From positions 824-64,823 of the forward strand of contig CAZWZQ010000008.1 of NCBI GenBank assembly GCA_964638955.1: a DNA stretch of 64,000 nucleotides, in the 5' to 3' direction. Source of the stretch: an uncultured Rikenellaceae bacterium (GTDB lineage Bacteria; Bacteroidota; Bacteroidia; Bacteroidales; VadinHA17). The translations under genes were made by a program, and so were the position numbers. The notes under the pieces were generated by a model. That model worked only from the letters and a program-made list of their open reading frames with translations. It did not search any database and was not told the origin of the DNA. Below, one piece after another: positions 44,513 through 53,908 of the stretch; within the stretch, counting starts at the first letter, position 1, and every line of letters begins with the position of its first letter.

Positions 44513-45280
44513 ATGACCGGAGAAGCCATGCAAGTATATTTGAGATCTGTTCATAATTTCAGGGATATAGGCGGTGTTACAACTGTTGACGGTAAACATA
44601 TTAAAGAAAAGATGCTATTCAGATCAGCAAGTCCCGATAACATAACCGGCAGGGATATCAGAAAGATGCATGAGCTGAATATCAAGACAATAGTTGATCT
44701 TCGGGCTCCTGGTGAAACCGGCAGAAAGAATAAAAAGTTCGAAGGTATTCAGACAGTATCACTTCCTCTTGATTTTGAACGGACCACAAGAGAGAGACTG
44801 ATACCGCTGATAAAACAAAAAAATGCTTATAACTTAATAGACGATTTAATAGGTTCTCTTTACCTTGAAATTCTTGATGGTTCTGTCAGCGTCTTCAGGG
44901 ATATTGTTGATCTGCTTCTGGAACCTTCCCGATGTCCAATGCTGATTCATTGTCATGCCGGCAAGGACAGAACAGGGATTATTTCTGCTTTGATACAGAT
45001 GGCTCTGGGTGCTGATCAGCAATCAATAATTGAAGGCTATATGGCTTCCAATGAAGCCCTGCTTCCATCCTATAAAAGAAGGCTGATAATCAGTAAAATT
45101 CTTTACCTCGGATTCTTACCGGCAAATAATATCTTATACGCAATTACTGTAAGGAGTAACAATATTGAATCGGTCATAGAAAGGGTGATCACCTTCTATG
45201 GAGGTATTGAAGGGTATTTAAAATCTTCGGGTCCGGGCATGTCAGATTTTAAAGAGTTAAGAGAACGGTTTGTCATATAA
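44513..45280 (+). CDS. Protein-tyrosine phosphatase family protein (Y_phosphatase3-like)
   Basis: NFRDIGG and the P-loop HCHAGKDRTG are present. The alternative start is Met-6 (44528). Confidence 0.85.
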   Translation: MTGEAMQVYLRSVHNFRDIGGVTTVDGKHIKEKMLFRSASPDNITGRDIRKMHELNIKTIVDLRAPGETGRKNKKFEGIQTVSLPLDFERTTRERLIPLIKQKNAYNLIDDLIGSLYLEILDGSVSVFRDIVDLLLEPSRCPMLIHCHAGKDRTGIISALIQMALGADQQSIIEGYMASNEALLPSYKRRLIISKILYLGFLPANNILYAITVRSNNIESVIERVITFYGGIEGYLKSSGPGMSDFKELRERFVI

Positions 45281-45301
45281 CCTTATTTGCCGGGTAAAAA
45301 A

Positions 45302-45318
45302 CAACCGCATACCGGTTG
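45302..45318 (+). terminator. Weak candidate intrinsic terminator (CAACCG-5 nt-CGGTTG) after the tyrosine phosphatase gene
   Basis: A 6-bp stem is flanked by an upstream A-run (aaaaaa) and a downstream T-rich stretch (catccttttg), 22 nt after the stop codon. The stem is short, so confidence is low. Confidence 0.3.
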
Positions 45319-45353
45319 CATCCTTTTGAGATCTTAGATTAAAAATTTATACA

Positions 45354-45755
45354 ATGAAAGCTTCGGATAAAAATGAAATGAATCAGTTCACCCGCAAAGG
45401 ATTAGCAGGCAGCTTCAGGAATGCTTTCTCCGGGATAAAGGTCCTGGTCATATCAGAAAATAATGCAAGGATCCATTTTGTTATTCTGATTCTGGTGGTA
45501 ATTGCGGGTATTGTATTAAAGCTCTCACCGGCTCACTGGATTGCCATTGTTCTGGCTTCAGGACTGGTCATTGCAAGCGAATGCTTTAATACAGCCGTTG
45601 AATATTTAGCTGATGCCATAACGCCTGAGTATAATTCAGTCATAAAAAAAGCCAAGAACCTTGCTGCGGCAGGAGTGTTGATTTCAGCTGTTGTATCGGT
45701 AATAACAGGCCTGATAATATTCATTCCTGCAATTTTCAGATTTTTCGACGCGTAA
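45354..45755 (+). CDS. dgkA: Diacylglycerol kinase family (DgkA/undecaprenol kinase-like) membrane protein
   Basis: 133 aa with 3 TM helices. The segments ASECFNTAVEYLADAI and KNLAAAGVLISA match DgkA signature regions. Confidence 0.85.
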   Translation: MKASDKNEMNQFTRKGLAGSFRNAFSGIKVLVISENNARIHFVILILVVIAGIVLKLSPAHWIAIVLASGLVIASECFNTAVEYLADAITPEYNSVIKKAKNLAAAGVLISAVVSVITGLIIFIPAIFRFFDA

Positions 45756-45820
45756 GATTCCCGGAGATGTTTCCGAAACAACAGAATTCTTAACTTTGGA
45801 TTGTATCAATCCTGGAAAAT

Positions 45821-46264
45821 ATGCTGTTAAAGATGTCACTTCTCGCTCTCTTTGGAATAGCCATGGCTCATTTCGAAGGGGTGGTTGTCGTTTACCTCAG
45901 GAAAGCCTTGGGGATGCTTGATTCGGAATCAAATAAAGCATCTGTTGATAAGATACCAAAACGCTTTCTCTACATCGAGATGACCAGGGAAGCAGCAACA
46001 ATTATTATGCTGGTGGTGATAGCATACCTGGCCGGAACAACATGGGTAGAGCGAGGAGTATTCTTCCTGTGGACATTCGCATTCTGGGATCTTTTTTATT
46101 ATTTATCACTCTATATTGTTATCAAATGGCCACCATCGCTCAACGCAATTGATGTACTTTTCCTGATACCGGTTCCCTGGATAGCTCCTGTCTGGTTCCC
46201 GATAGGAGTATCATCACTGACAATAATTGTGATTTTCCTTTTATTTCTGTTTGGTGTTATATAG
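45821..46264 (+). CDS. Hypothetical integral membrane protein
   Basis: About 4 predicted TM helices. I recognise no family. The coding call rests on ORF length and hydrophobic periodicity only. Confidence 0.5.
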   Translation: MLLKMSLLALFGIAMAHFEGVVVVYLRKALGMLDSESNKASVDKIPKRFLYIEMTREAATIIMLVVIAYLAGTTWVERGVFFLWTFAFWDLFYYLSLYIVIKWPPSLNAIDVLFLIPVPWIAPVWFPIGVSSLTIIVIFLLFLFGVI

Positions 46265-46368
46265 TAAGTCTATAAGAATGGTTCTGCAACCTTTCGTATG
46301 ATTTTTTGTGTCTTATTCTTTAATAATCCTTTTTTATTAAGACAATAATAACACATAACAGGTTTGAT

Positions 46369-46815
46369 ATGAAAACACTAAGATTCCTTTTAATTTTATT
46401 AATAGTTGTAGCAATTTCCGGATGTGAAAAAGAAAATAAAGAAAACAATAATAACATCAGTTTTGAAAATATGATCATTGATCATAACTGTACCGATCTT
46501 GTCGCTATACCTGCTGCCTGGATCGACTCTGCAAAGCTGAAACTTCATATTGCTTATGGCCATACCTCGCACGGCAGTCAGCTTACAACAGGAATGACCG
46601 GCCTTATTGATTTTAAGGGAATTGAATATGCGTGGAATAACGGAGGTACAAACGGTGCTCTTGACCTTCATGATTATGCAATGTCGGGTGATCTGGGAAA
46701 TCCCGACAGGACATCATGGGCCGACAGGACAAGAACCTATCTTGATGCAAATCAGAAAGCATATGCAGCCTGGTGGTTATGGGCAGGGTTGGCTGGATGG
46801 GGTGGTAATAAATAA
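46369..46815 (+). CDS. Hypothetical lipoprotein (possibly 3'-truncated)
   Basis: The lipobox ISGC is present, with a conserved-looking core (HIAYGHTSHGSQLTTGM). The last ~20 aa (AYAAWWLWAGLAGWGGNK) look degenerate or low-complexity. Confidence 0.5.
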   Translation: MKTLRFLLILLIVVAISGCEKENKENNNNISFENMIIDHNCTDLVAIPAAWIDSAKLKLHIAYGHTSHGSQLTTGMTGLIDFKGIEYAWNNGGTNGALDLHDYAMSGDLGNPDRTSWADRTRTYLDANQKAYAAWWLWAGLAGWGGNK

Positions 46816-46863
46816 ATTCTGTTATTTTTGGGATAAATAATTGATCAATTATTATTTGTCCCA

Positions 46864-49527
46864 ATGATAAAATTAAATAAGAAAAATAAGTTATCAGCGA
46901 TCTTTCTGATCCCGGCAATTACAGGTTTTTTTTCAGCGGCAGCGCAAGATAATCATAACCAGGATACAGTACTAGTACAATACTCTTCACTGAAACAGCC
47001 TGTTTATACTACTTCCCGGCTCGTTACTGACAGGCCTGTGATTGACGGTAAACTTGATGATGAATGCTGGAAATATGGAACATGGGCAGGCGATTATCAT
47101 CAGTGGATACCTGATGAGGGGGCTAAACCCACATGGCCGACAAAATTTAATATCCAGTACGATGATAAGAACCTTTATGTTGCTTTCAGGGGATTTGATG
47201 GAGAACCTGATAAAATTAATCGTATGTCTGGTGTTCGGGATGCGCAGGTAGGAGATATGATGGGAGTAACTTTTGACAGTTACCGTGATTACAGGACAGG
47301 TTTTGAATTTACACTAACAGCCTGGGGCCAGAAATCGGATCTTGTTTTGTTCAATCCCATGGACTGGGATTTCAACTGGAATCCTGTATGGAAAGGTAAA
47401 ACAGGCCTTGAAGATTCTGCGTGGGTGGCTGAAATGGAAATACCTTTAAGCCAGTTGCGCTACAGTAACGAAGACGAACAGGTATGGGGTATGCATACCT
47501 GGCGATGGATCTCCAGACTGCAGGAGGAAAGTAACTGGGAAATACAGTCAAAGACAGGGCCGGGAATGCTATATAATTTCGGGGAATTAAGAGGTATAAG
47601 TGGACTAAAAAAATCAAGGAGGCTTGAAATAATGCCCTTCATTCTCGGTGACCTTAAAACCATGAAGGAGGAGCCGGGTAATCCATTCACTGAAAATGGC
47701 AGGATATGGGGCGGTAATATGGGACTTGATGCAAAGATCGGAGTATCGAGCAACTTCACCATTGATCTGACAGTAAATCCGGATTTCGGACAGGTGGAAT
47801 CAGATCCTTCGGTGATGAATCTTACAGCATTTGAAACTTTTTATGAAGAGAAACGTCCCTTTTTCCTTGAAGGATTGACGATATTCGATTACAATTTTGA
47901 AGACAAGGATCTTTTCTACTCACGCCGCATAGGCCACTCACCATCCAGAACAGTAAGGCCCAATGATACTCTTTTTATAAATTCACCTGACCAGACTACT
48001 ATACTGAGTGCTGTAAAATTCAGCGGGACAACCTCTAAAAGCCTGTCTGTGGGACTTATACAAAGTCTTACTGCAAGTGAATATGCAAAAATCACCGATC
48101 AGTATGGGAATGAACAAACAACCATGGTTGAACCTATGACAAATTATGTTGTGGCACGAGTCCAGAAGGGCTATAAGGCAGGTAATACAGTAATAGGAGG
48201 GATGCTGACCTCGACAAGCCGCTTCATTGAAGACGCAAACCTTGAATTTCTACCCGACAAAGCCTACACTGGGGGCCTTGATATAAGACACCACTGGAAT
48301 GATAAGGAATTTTACCTGGATGCGAAATTACTTGGCAGTTATGTTGATGGCAGCAAAGAAGCTATTACCATTTTGCAGGAATCATCAGCCCGCTATTATC
48401 AAAGGCCGGGCGCCGACTACCTTGATTATGATACCACAAAAACCAGCTTAACGGGATATGGCGGTAAATTCACAATCGGTAAAGGTTCAAAGGGACTATG
48501 GAAATATTCGGCAGGAGTCTCATGGCTATCTCCTGGCCTTGAACTCAACGATCTTGGATATATGAATTCTGCTGACAGAATAGACCAGAAAAATGCAGTT
48601 ACATATTTTGTAAATAAACCGGTTTCAATTTTTCATTCATATGAAATTAATCTGGAACAGACTAATTCATGGAACTTCAATGGAACATGGCTTGGCTCAT
48701 GGGGTAAATTCTCTTTTACATCAATATTCAGGAATAACTGGAAATTTGGTGCAAATCTTAGCTTTTATCCTTCAGCGACAGAACCGGGAAGACTTCGTGG
48801 AGGCCCGGATTTTTTGATGCCAAATGCAATAATAACTTCTGGCAAGGCAATGACCGATCCCTCAAAGAAGATAGTCGCATTGATGAATTACCAGTATAAT
48901 AAATTCGGGAACCACTCAGGAACAAAATTTTCACTTGCTCCGGGTATATCATTGCGCCCACTCAGTTCATTGAAGGTCAGTGTCAATGCAAATTATTCTG
49001 AGAATCGCGATGATATACAATATATTGCTGAGTGCAATTATCTTGACGAAAAAAGATATATCCTTGGTACCATTGACCAGACAACCCTTGGACTTACCTT
49101 CAGGGCAGACCTGAACCTGACTCCTGAATTCTCTATTCAATATTATGGAAGTCCGTTCATTTCAAGGGGAACTTATTCCCGGTTTAAACGTGTCACAGAT
49201 CCTGAGGCTGATGATTATGAGAGCAGGTTCATTATTTTCAATAGTCCTGTAATAAACGATGGCACTTATAGTCTGGATGAGACCGGTGATATGATACCCG
49301 ATTATTTCATAGGCAATCCTGATTTCAATTTCCACCAGTTCCGTTCCAACCTTGTTGCCAGATGGGAATACAGGTTAGGATCATTTATTTACCTGGTCTG
49401 GTCAAGTGAACGTACAGGCCAAAGCAGTCTTTCAAAAGCCTCAATTGGCGATTCATACGGTCAGTTAAGAGATGTGTTCCCTAATAATATTTTCCTGATT
49501 AAACTGAATTACTGGTTCTCCTTATAA
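46864..49527 (+). CDS. CBM9-like + DUF5916 domain protein (outer-membrane/secreted, carbohydrate-binding family 9-like)
   Basis: Signal peptide present. The N-terminal segment (IDGKLDDECW…W….D.…YDDKNLYVAFRGFD) is typical of CBM9-like modules. The long beta-rich C-terminal region ends in aromatic-rich LIKLNYWFSL. Confidence 0.7.
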   Translation: MIKLNKKNKLSAIFLIPAITGFFSAAAQDNHNQDTVLVQYSSLKQPVYTTSRLVTDRPVIDGKLDDECWKYGTWAGDYHQWIPDEGAKPTWPTKFNIQYDDKNLYVAFRGFDGEPDKINRMSGVRDAQVGDMMGVTFDSYRDYRTGFEFTLTAWGQKSDLVLFNPMDWDFNWNPVWKGKTGLEDSAWVAEMEIPLSQLRYSNEDEQVWGMHTWRWISRLQEESNWEIQSKTGPGMLYNFGELRGISGLKKSRRLEIMPFILGDLKTMKEEPGNPFTENGRIWGGNMGLDAKIGVSSNFTIDLTVNPDFGQVESDPSVMNLTAFETFYEEKRPFFLEGLTIFDYNFEDKDLFYSRRIGHSPSRTVRPNDTLFINSPDQTTILSAVKFSGTTSKSLSVGLIQSLTASEYAKITDQYGNEQTTMVEPMTNYVVARVQKGYKAGNTVIGGMLTSTSRFIEDANLEFLPDKAYTGGLDIRHHWNDKEFYLDAKLLGSYVDGSKEAITILQESSARYYQRPGADYLDYDTTKTSLTGYGGKFTIGKGSKGLWKYSAGVSWLSPGLELNDLGYMNSADRIDQKNAVTYFVNKPVSIFHSYEINLEQTNSWNFNGTWLGSWGKFSFTSIFRNNWKFGANLSFYPSATEPGRLRGGPDFLMPNAIITSGKAMTDPSKKIVALMNYQYNKFGNHSGTKFSLAPGISLRPLSSLKVSVNANYSENRDDIQYIAECNYLDEKRYILGTIDQTTLGLTFRADLNLTPEFSIQYYGSPFISRGTYSRFKRVTDPEADDYESRFIIFNSPVINDGTYSLDETGDMIPDYFIGNPDFNFHQFRSNLVARWEYRLGSFIYLVWSSERTGQSSLSKASIGDSYGQLRDVFPNNIFLIKLNYWFSL

Positions 49528-49528
49528 G

Positions 49529-49717
49529 GTGGTTTATATTGAAATGAGTATTGATTCTGCCAGGGACATAGGATACACCCAACTATATCTTGAATCACTG
49601 CCTGAGCTTGGGAAGGCAATCAGCCTTTATGAGAAGCAGGGATTCAGATTTATTGACCATAAGATGGGCGATGATGGACACTTCGGCTGTACAATATGGA
49701 TGCTGAAAGATCTATAG
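49529..49717 (+). pseudogene. 3'-terminal fragment of a GNAT N-acetyltransferase gene
   Basis: Only 62 codons remain. ARDIGYTQLYLESLPELGKAISLYEKQGFRFIDHKMGDDGHFGCTIWMLKDL corresponds to the last beta-alpha-beta portion of GNAT proteins. The acetyl-CoA-binding motif A is missing. The fragment starts 1 nt after the preceding gene's stop. Confidence 0.6.
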
Positions 49718-49720
49718 CCT

Positions 49721-50440
49721 TCAATCAAGCTTTACTAATTTTCCTTCACCTTTTTTCTCAACAATTTCTATTACGGGATTTCCGTGATAATAGATATTTC
49801 CCGGTCCTCTTATAAAGGCCCTTATATGATCAGAAGCATTTACATTAACCGGTCCGGGGGACTCAGTATAGATGTCTGCATACTTACAGAAAAGAGAGTC
49901 GGCAAACATGCCGGAACCGTACCTGTTCCAGAACAGGCAGTATTCGGCCCTGCCTGCAAAATGAAAGAAACCTAATGTATTGGCTGAATTTGAGACTATC
50001 AGCTGATCGCAATCAATAACCAGCCTTGCTTCAGTGATCTCACCTATCCCATCATATTTGAACCGGTCAGCTTTTAATGTATCTGTGTTGGAAATATTTA
50101 CCGGATCGCTCGTTTCCAGGTAACTCAGATTGCTGAAATGGAGTACGAGACTGTTCTTATCATGATTGAATGAGAAATTTTTATGGTTATCGATAATCAG
50201 AGTGTCATTTTTTACAACAGCATCTATAGAACCAATGTCGTTGTTTCCTTTGATGACAAGGCGATTTGTTGAATCCTGGACAAGAATGATATTATATATC
50301 CCAAAGATCTTTACAGAAGTGAAATCCTCAAGGATGATCTCGCGTGTCTTTATATCATCATCAAAAAGAATTTTTTGGCATGAAGAAATAGAAAGTGAGA
50401 ACAGGATAATATATTTAATTGCGCTTTTCATAACTCTCAT
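49721..50440 (-). CDS. DUF2807 / head GIN-domain (putative auto-transporter adhesin head-like) lipoprotein
   Basis: The lipobox ISSC is present, with repeated beta-helix-like pattern and a terminal GPGNIYYHGNP motif. The start is placed at Met-17 of the track ORF to avoid overlapping the upstream gene. Confidence 0.65.
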   Translation of the reverse strand: MRVMKSAIKYIILFSLSISSCQKILFDDDIKTREIILEDFTSVKIFGIYNIILVQDSTNRLVIKGNNDIGSIDAVVKNDTLIIDNHKNFSFNHDKNSLVLHFSNLSYLETSDPVNISNTDTLKADRFKYDGIGEITEARLVIDCDQLIVSNSANTLGFFHFAGRAEYCLFWNRYGSGMFADSLFCKYADIYTESPGPVNVNASDHIRAFIRGPGNIYYHGNPVIEIVEKKGEGKLVKLD

Positions 50441-50454
50441 TATACTTTTTTTTA

Positions 50455-51558
50455 TTACCAGTAATATCCCATTCCTATCTCCATACAATCAGCCTTTCCA
50501 AAGTGCGATCTTAAAGTTAATCCTGCGGACAGGTGTTCTGAAAGCATGTATTGTACAGATAATCTGGTATATAATTTTGTGAGAACTGTGTATTTGGAAT
50601 AAAAATAATGCCCAGCGTGAATACCCATGATCACCTGCTTATATCTGGCTGCATAAGAAACATGCAACCCTGCCCTGATAAGGTTCCTGAACTCATCTTC
50701 CTGATTGCCTTCTTCGACAGCAAGAGCTTCATTGATGGAACCATCATAGAACAGATCGGCTCCCAGACCGATCCTTCTCCTGTGATTTAATATCCTTTCA
50801 AGATTATATGAAAATGAAGAGGTGAAATATTTATAGTCCAGCAGATTATCATAGACTTTTACACCTGCCGAATAAAAAAGAGACTGCTCATAAAGTTTCA
50901 CTGTCTCAGGAATTTCCGGTTCCTGTATAATAGCAGGGTAATTTCCAATAAGATAATTGAAGCCAATTGAGAGAGTTCCGGAATTGAGACCATAATTGGG
51001 TGATTTAATTTTCCCGTTCGAGAAATGAGTTCCGCCCGCTTCAATAACAAATTCACTGCGGGGATTATACTTAATTTTAGCGTCGACACCAAATCGGAAA
51101 AATATATTGGCATGGGAGCTGACAGCGCGGTTAATATGATTTTCGGATATATCGAATCTCTTTGTGAGATAAGCTCCACCTATCGAGATCTGATAATTCA
51201 ATGAGAATTTATCAGAACGTTTAGTTATTGGTATATTGATATATCCGTATAATGCATGAGCTTTACCGAAAACATCATTATTGCCTAGTGTCCAGAATGA
51301 ATATCCTGCCCCGGGCCGCGGATAATTATATAGCTTCTCCCAGAAATCTTTTCCATAAGCAGGAAAATTCACTGTAACATCGAATGCATATACATCATCT
51401 TCAATAAGATATGAAAGTGCTTCATAAAGGGGAAAAACCATTCCGGTGTGCACTTTTGTCTCGATAATGACCGGATTAACTGGTGATTGAGCCCTGCCTG
51501 TAAAACATATAAAAAACAGTGTAGTAATAATAAGAATGTTTTTCACGGTGTGAGGCAT
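50455..51558 (-). CDS. Acyloxyacyl hydrolase (PagL lipid A deacylase-like) outer-membrane protein
   Basis: Signal peptide, beta-strand-rich sequence, an H-x-S-N-G motif (GGTHFSNGKIKSPNYGLNS) and a terminal aromatic (…GMGYYW) are present. Confidence 0.55.
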   Translation of the reverse strand: MPHTVKNILIITTLFFICFTGRAQSPVNPVIIETKVHTGMVFPLYEALSYLIEDDVYAFDVTVNFPAYGKDFWEKLYNYPRPGAGYSFWTLGNNDVFGKAHALYGYINIPITKRSDKFSLNYQISIGGAYLTKRFDISENHINRAVSSHANIFFRFGVDAKIKYNPRSEFVIEAGGTHFSNGKIKSPNYGLNSGTLSIGFNYLIGNYPAIIQEPEIPETVKLYEQSLFYSAGVKVYDNLLDYKYFTSSFSYNLERILNHRRRIGLGADLFYDGSINEALAVEEGNQEDEFRNLIRAGLHVSYAARYKQVIMGIHAGHYFYSKYTVLTKLYTRLSVQYMLSEHLSAGLTLRSHFGKADCMEIGMGYYW

Positions 51559-51611
51559 GTGAAAAACAAAGATAAGGTTTTATAGTTGAGAAGGGACCCG
51601 CTGTAAATTCG

Positions 51612-51695
51612 TACCCGGAGTGGGACTTGAACCCACACAGCATTGCTGCTACTGGTGTTTGAGACCAGCGCGTCTACCAATTCCGCCATCCGGGC
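51612..51695 (-). tRNA. tRNA-Leu (anticodon CAA), 84 nt, long variable arm, no encoded CCA
   Basis: The reverse complement (GCCCGGATGGCGGAATTGGTAGACGCGCTGGTCTCAAACACCAGTAGCAGCAATGCTGTGTGGGTTCAAGTCCCACTCCGGGTA) folds as a cloverleaf. The acceptor stem is GCCCGGA/TCCGGGT, the anticodon stem CTGGT/ACCAG with loop CTCAAAC, and the T-arm GTGGG-TTCAAGT-CCCAC. Confidence 0.95.
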
Positions 51696-51732
51696 AAAAA
51701 AAAGAACTCGGCCCTGCCATCCGGGCTTAAGA

Positions 51733-51756
51733 GATCGTGCAATTATGCGATCGTGC
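51733..51756. repeat. 8-bp phased repeat (GATCGTGC AATTATGC GATCGTGC) related to the 1660-1686 motif
   Basis: Read directly. It contains ATGCGATC (51745-51752), the exact reverse complement of the GATCGCAT unit at 1660-1686. Confidence 0.7.
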
Positions 51757-51843
51757 TATCATATATGGTTGAAATGGCTTCGCAAATTTATAATAAATAA
51801 TCCTTAAACGAAACTATATGGAAAATTACGTATTAGCCCCCCT

Positions 51844-53757
51844 TTAGAGGGGTGGGGGGCTTTTCTTCATCATTTCCCTGATGCTCCTTTCAATCCCCTC
51901 CTTGTCATACCCGCACTCATTGTAAAGCTCCTGCTGGCTTCCCTGTTCCACGAAATAATCGGGAATTCCAAGACGCTTAACATCAGCACTATAGAGGTTA
52001 TCGCACATAAATTCAATAACTGCACTGCCAAATCCTCCCTTAAGTACACCATCTTCAACAGTGATTATTCTTTTGAATTTCTTAAAGACATAGTGAAGCA
52101 CCTCCTTATCAAGGGGAGCCGCAAATCTCATATCCCAGTGGGCGACAGAAATGAACTCCCTGTCAAGTTTCTTAACTACCGTAGCAACATCATTACCCGG
52201 CTGCCCGATGCTTAATACCGCAATATCTTCTCCTTCACTCAGTTTTCTTCCCTTTCCGATTTCAATCTCTTCGAATGGTCTTTGCCAGTCAGAGATCAGG
52301 CTGCGGCCCCGTGGGTAACGAATAGAAAACGGAAAGGAATTCTTTTCAAGCTGGGCCGTATACATGATATTTCTCAGCTCAACAGCATCCATAGGCGCAC
52401 TTACCACCATGTTCGGTATGGTGCGCATAAAAGCGATATCGAAAAAACCATGGTGTGTTGCACCATCTGAACCGACAAGTCCTCCGCGGTCAATACAAAA
52501 TACCACATGTAAATTCTGAAGAGCAACATCGTGGATTACCTGATCGTAAGCTCTTTGTATAAAAGACGAATAAATACTGCAGTAGGGGATGAGTCCCTGT
52601 GTGGCAAGTCCGGCAGAAAAAGTTACAGCATGCTGCTCCGCGATCCCGACATCGAAGGTTCGTTCGGGCATCTCCTTCATCATGATGCATAATGAACTGC
52701 CGGTAGGCATAGCAGGGGTTATGCCTGTAATCTTTTCATTCATGCGCGCAAGTTCAAGGATGGTCTTTCCGAAAACCTCCTGGTATGGCGGTAAGGAATG
52801 TATATCAGGAACCTCAATTATCTCACCTGTTTCTTTATCAAATTTACCCGGAGCATGAAAAGCTGTCTGGTTCTTCTCGGCTTGAATAAAACCTTTGCCT
52901 TTGACTGTGAGACAATGAAGAAGTTTTGGTCCCGGAATCCTTTTCATATCTTCGAGGATCCTTGTAAGGTGCAGTACATCATGTCCGTCAATAGGACCAA
53001 AATACCTGAAATTCATTCCCTCAAAAAGGTTGCTCCTGTCGAGAATAGTACTTTTTAATCCTGCCTCGATCTGTGCAGCCAGGGTACGTGTTTTAGGTCC
53101 GAATTTGCCGAATATGCCAAGCATATTCCATACTTTATCTTTAAACCTGTTATATGTTTTGCTGGTTGTGATATCGAGGAGATATTCCTTCAGAGCTCCT
53201 ACATTCGGATCAATGGCAATGTTATTATCGTTTAATATGACAAGCAGATCAGAATTAGCGGATCCGGCATTATTAAGTCCCTCGAAGGCTTCTCCTGCTG
53301 TCATTGCACCATCGCCTATTACTGCGACAACATGCCTTTTTTCTCCTTTTCTTTTTGAAGCAACTGCCATCCCAAGGGCTGCAGATATGGATGTTGATGA
53401 ATGTCCTGTTCCGAATGCATCATACTCGCTTTCAGCCATTTTAGGGAAACCGCTGATGCCTTTATATTTCCTGTTTGTTGAAAATTTATCACGCCGGCCA
53501 GTCAGTATCTTATGCCCGTATGCCTGATGACCGACATCCCAGATAATTTTATCGTATGGGGTGTTAAAAACATAATGCAGAGCCACAGTAAGTTCTACAA
53601 CACCCAGACTTGCACCAAAATGACCCGGGTTAGTACTGACAGAATCAATAATAAATTGTCTCAGTTCAGCACTGACTTTTACCAGGTTGGCCGGATCAAG
53701 CTTTCTGAGGTCCTCAGGTGATGATATTTTATGCAGTAAGCTTTCTTCCGTAGTCAT
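51844..53757 (-). CDS. dxs: 1-deoxy-D-xylulose-5-phosphate synthase
   Basis: GHFGASLGVVELTVALH, WDVGHQAY.HK, GDGAMTAGEAFEGLN and IAEQHAVTF are present. The start is placed at Met-11 of the track ORF (MTTEESLL…). Confidence 0.95.
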   Translation of the reverse strand: MTTEESLLHKISSPEDLRKLDPANLVKVSAELRQFIIDSVSTNPGHFGASLGVVELTVALHYVFNTPYDKIIWDVGHQAYGHKILTGRRDKFSTNRKYKGISGFPKMAESEYDAFGTGHSSTSISAALGMAVASKRKGEKRHVVAVIGDGAMTAGEAFEGLNNAGSANSDLLVILNDNNIAIDPNVGALKEYLLDITTSKTYNRFKDKVWNMLGIFGKFGPKTRTLAAQIEAGLKSTILDRSNLFEGMNFRYFGPIDGHDVLHLTRILEDMKRIPGPKLLHCLTVKGKGFIQAEKNQTAFHAPGKFDKETGEIIEVPDIHSLPPYQEVFGKTILELARMNEKITGITPAMPTGSSLCIMMKEMPERTFDVGIAEQHAVTFSAGLATQGLIPYCSIYSSFIQRAYDQVIHDVALQNLHVVFCIDRGGLVGSDGATHHGFFDIAFMRTIPNMVVSAPMDAVELRNIMYTAQLEKNSFPFSIRYPRGRSLISDWQRPFEEIEIGKGRKLSEGEDIAVLSIGQPGNDVATVVKKLDREFISVAHWDMRFAAPLDKEVLHYVFKKFKRIITVEDGVLKGGFGSAVIEFMCDNLYSADVKRLGIPDYFVEQGSQQELYNECGYDKEGIERSIREMMKKSPPPL

Positions 53758-53908
53758 TAATCGATAAATTATCAGCAAATATAACAATTATTATTCCCGG
53801 GTGTTTGCCGGAGCATAGCGGGGATTTTCTTAATTTTACCACGTCATGCTATGTTCAAAAAACAATAATTGAACGGTAAAGTTGTTTTATAGAAAATATT
53901 TTATAAAC

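Noticed and set aside
39000-51695. Hypothesis that the ars-to-tRNA-Leu stretch is a tRNA-integrated genomic island
   Set aside because: I recognised no integrase, recombinase or transposase. I found no second copy of the tRNA 3' end to the left of 51612. The only tRNA-derived repeat is of the 5' end and lies on the other side. Gene decay (arsC'-'acr3, GNAT fragment) suggests flux but not a defined island.
51835-51861. GC hairpin AGCCCCCC…GGGGGGCT overlapping the dxs stop codon, considered as the dxs terminator
   Set aside because: The stem is partly coding (it encodes the C-terminal PPP) and is not followed by a U-tract on the transcript strand. The T-run lies 130 nt further on, next to the tRNA. 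There is not enough support to call a terminator.
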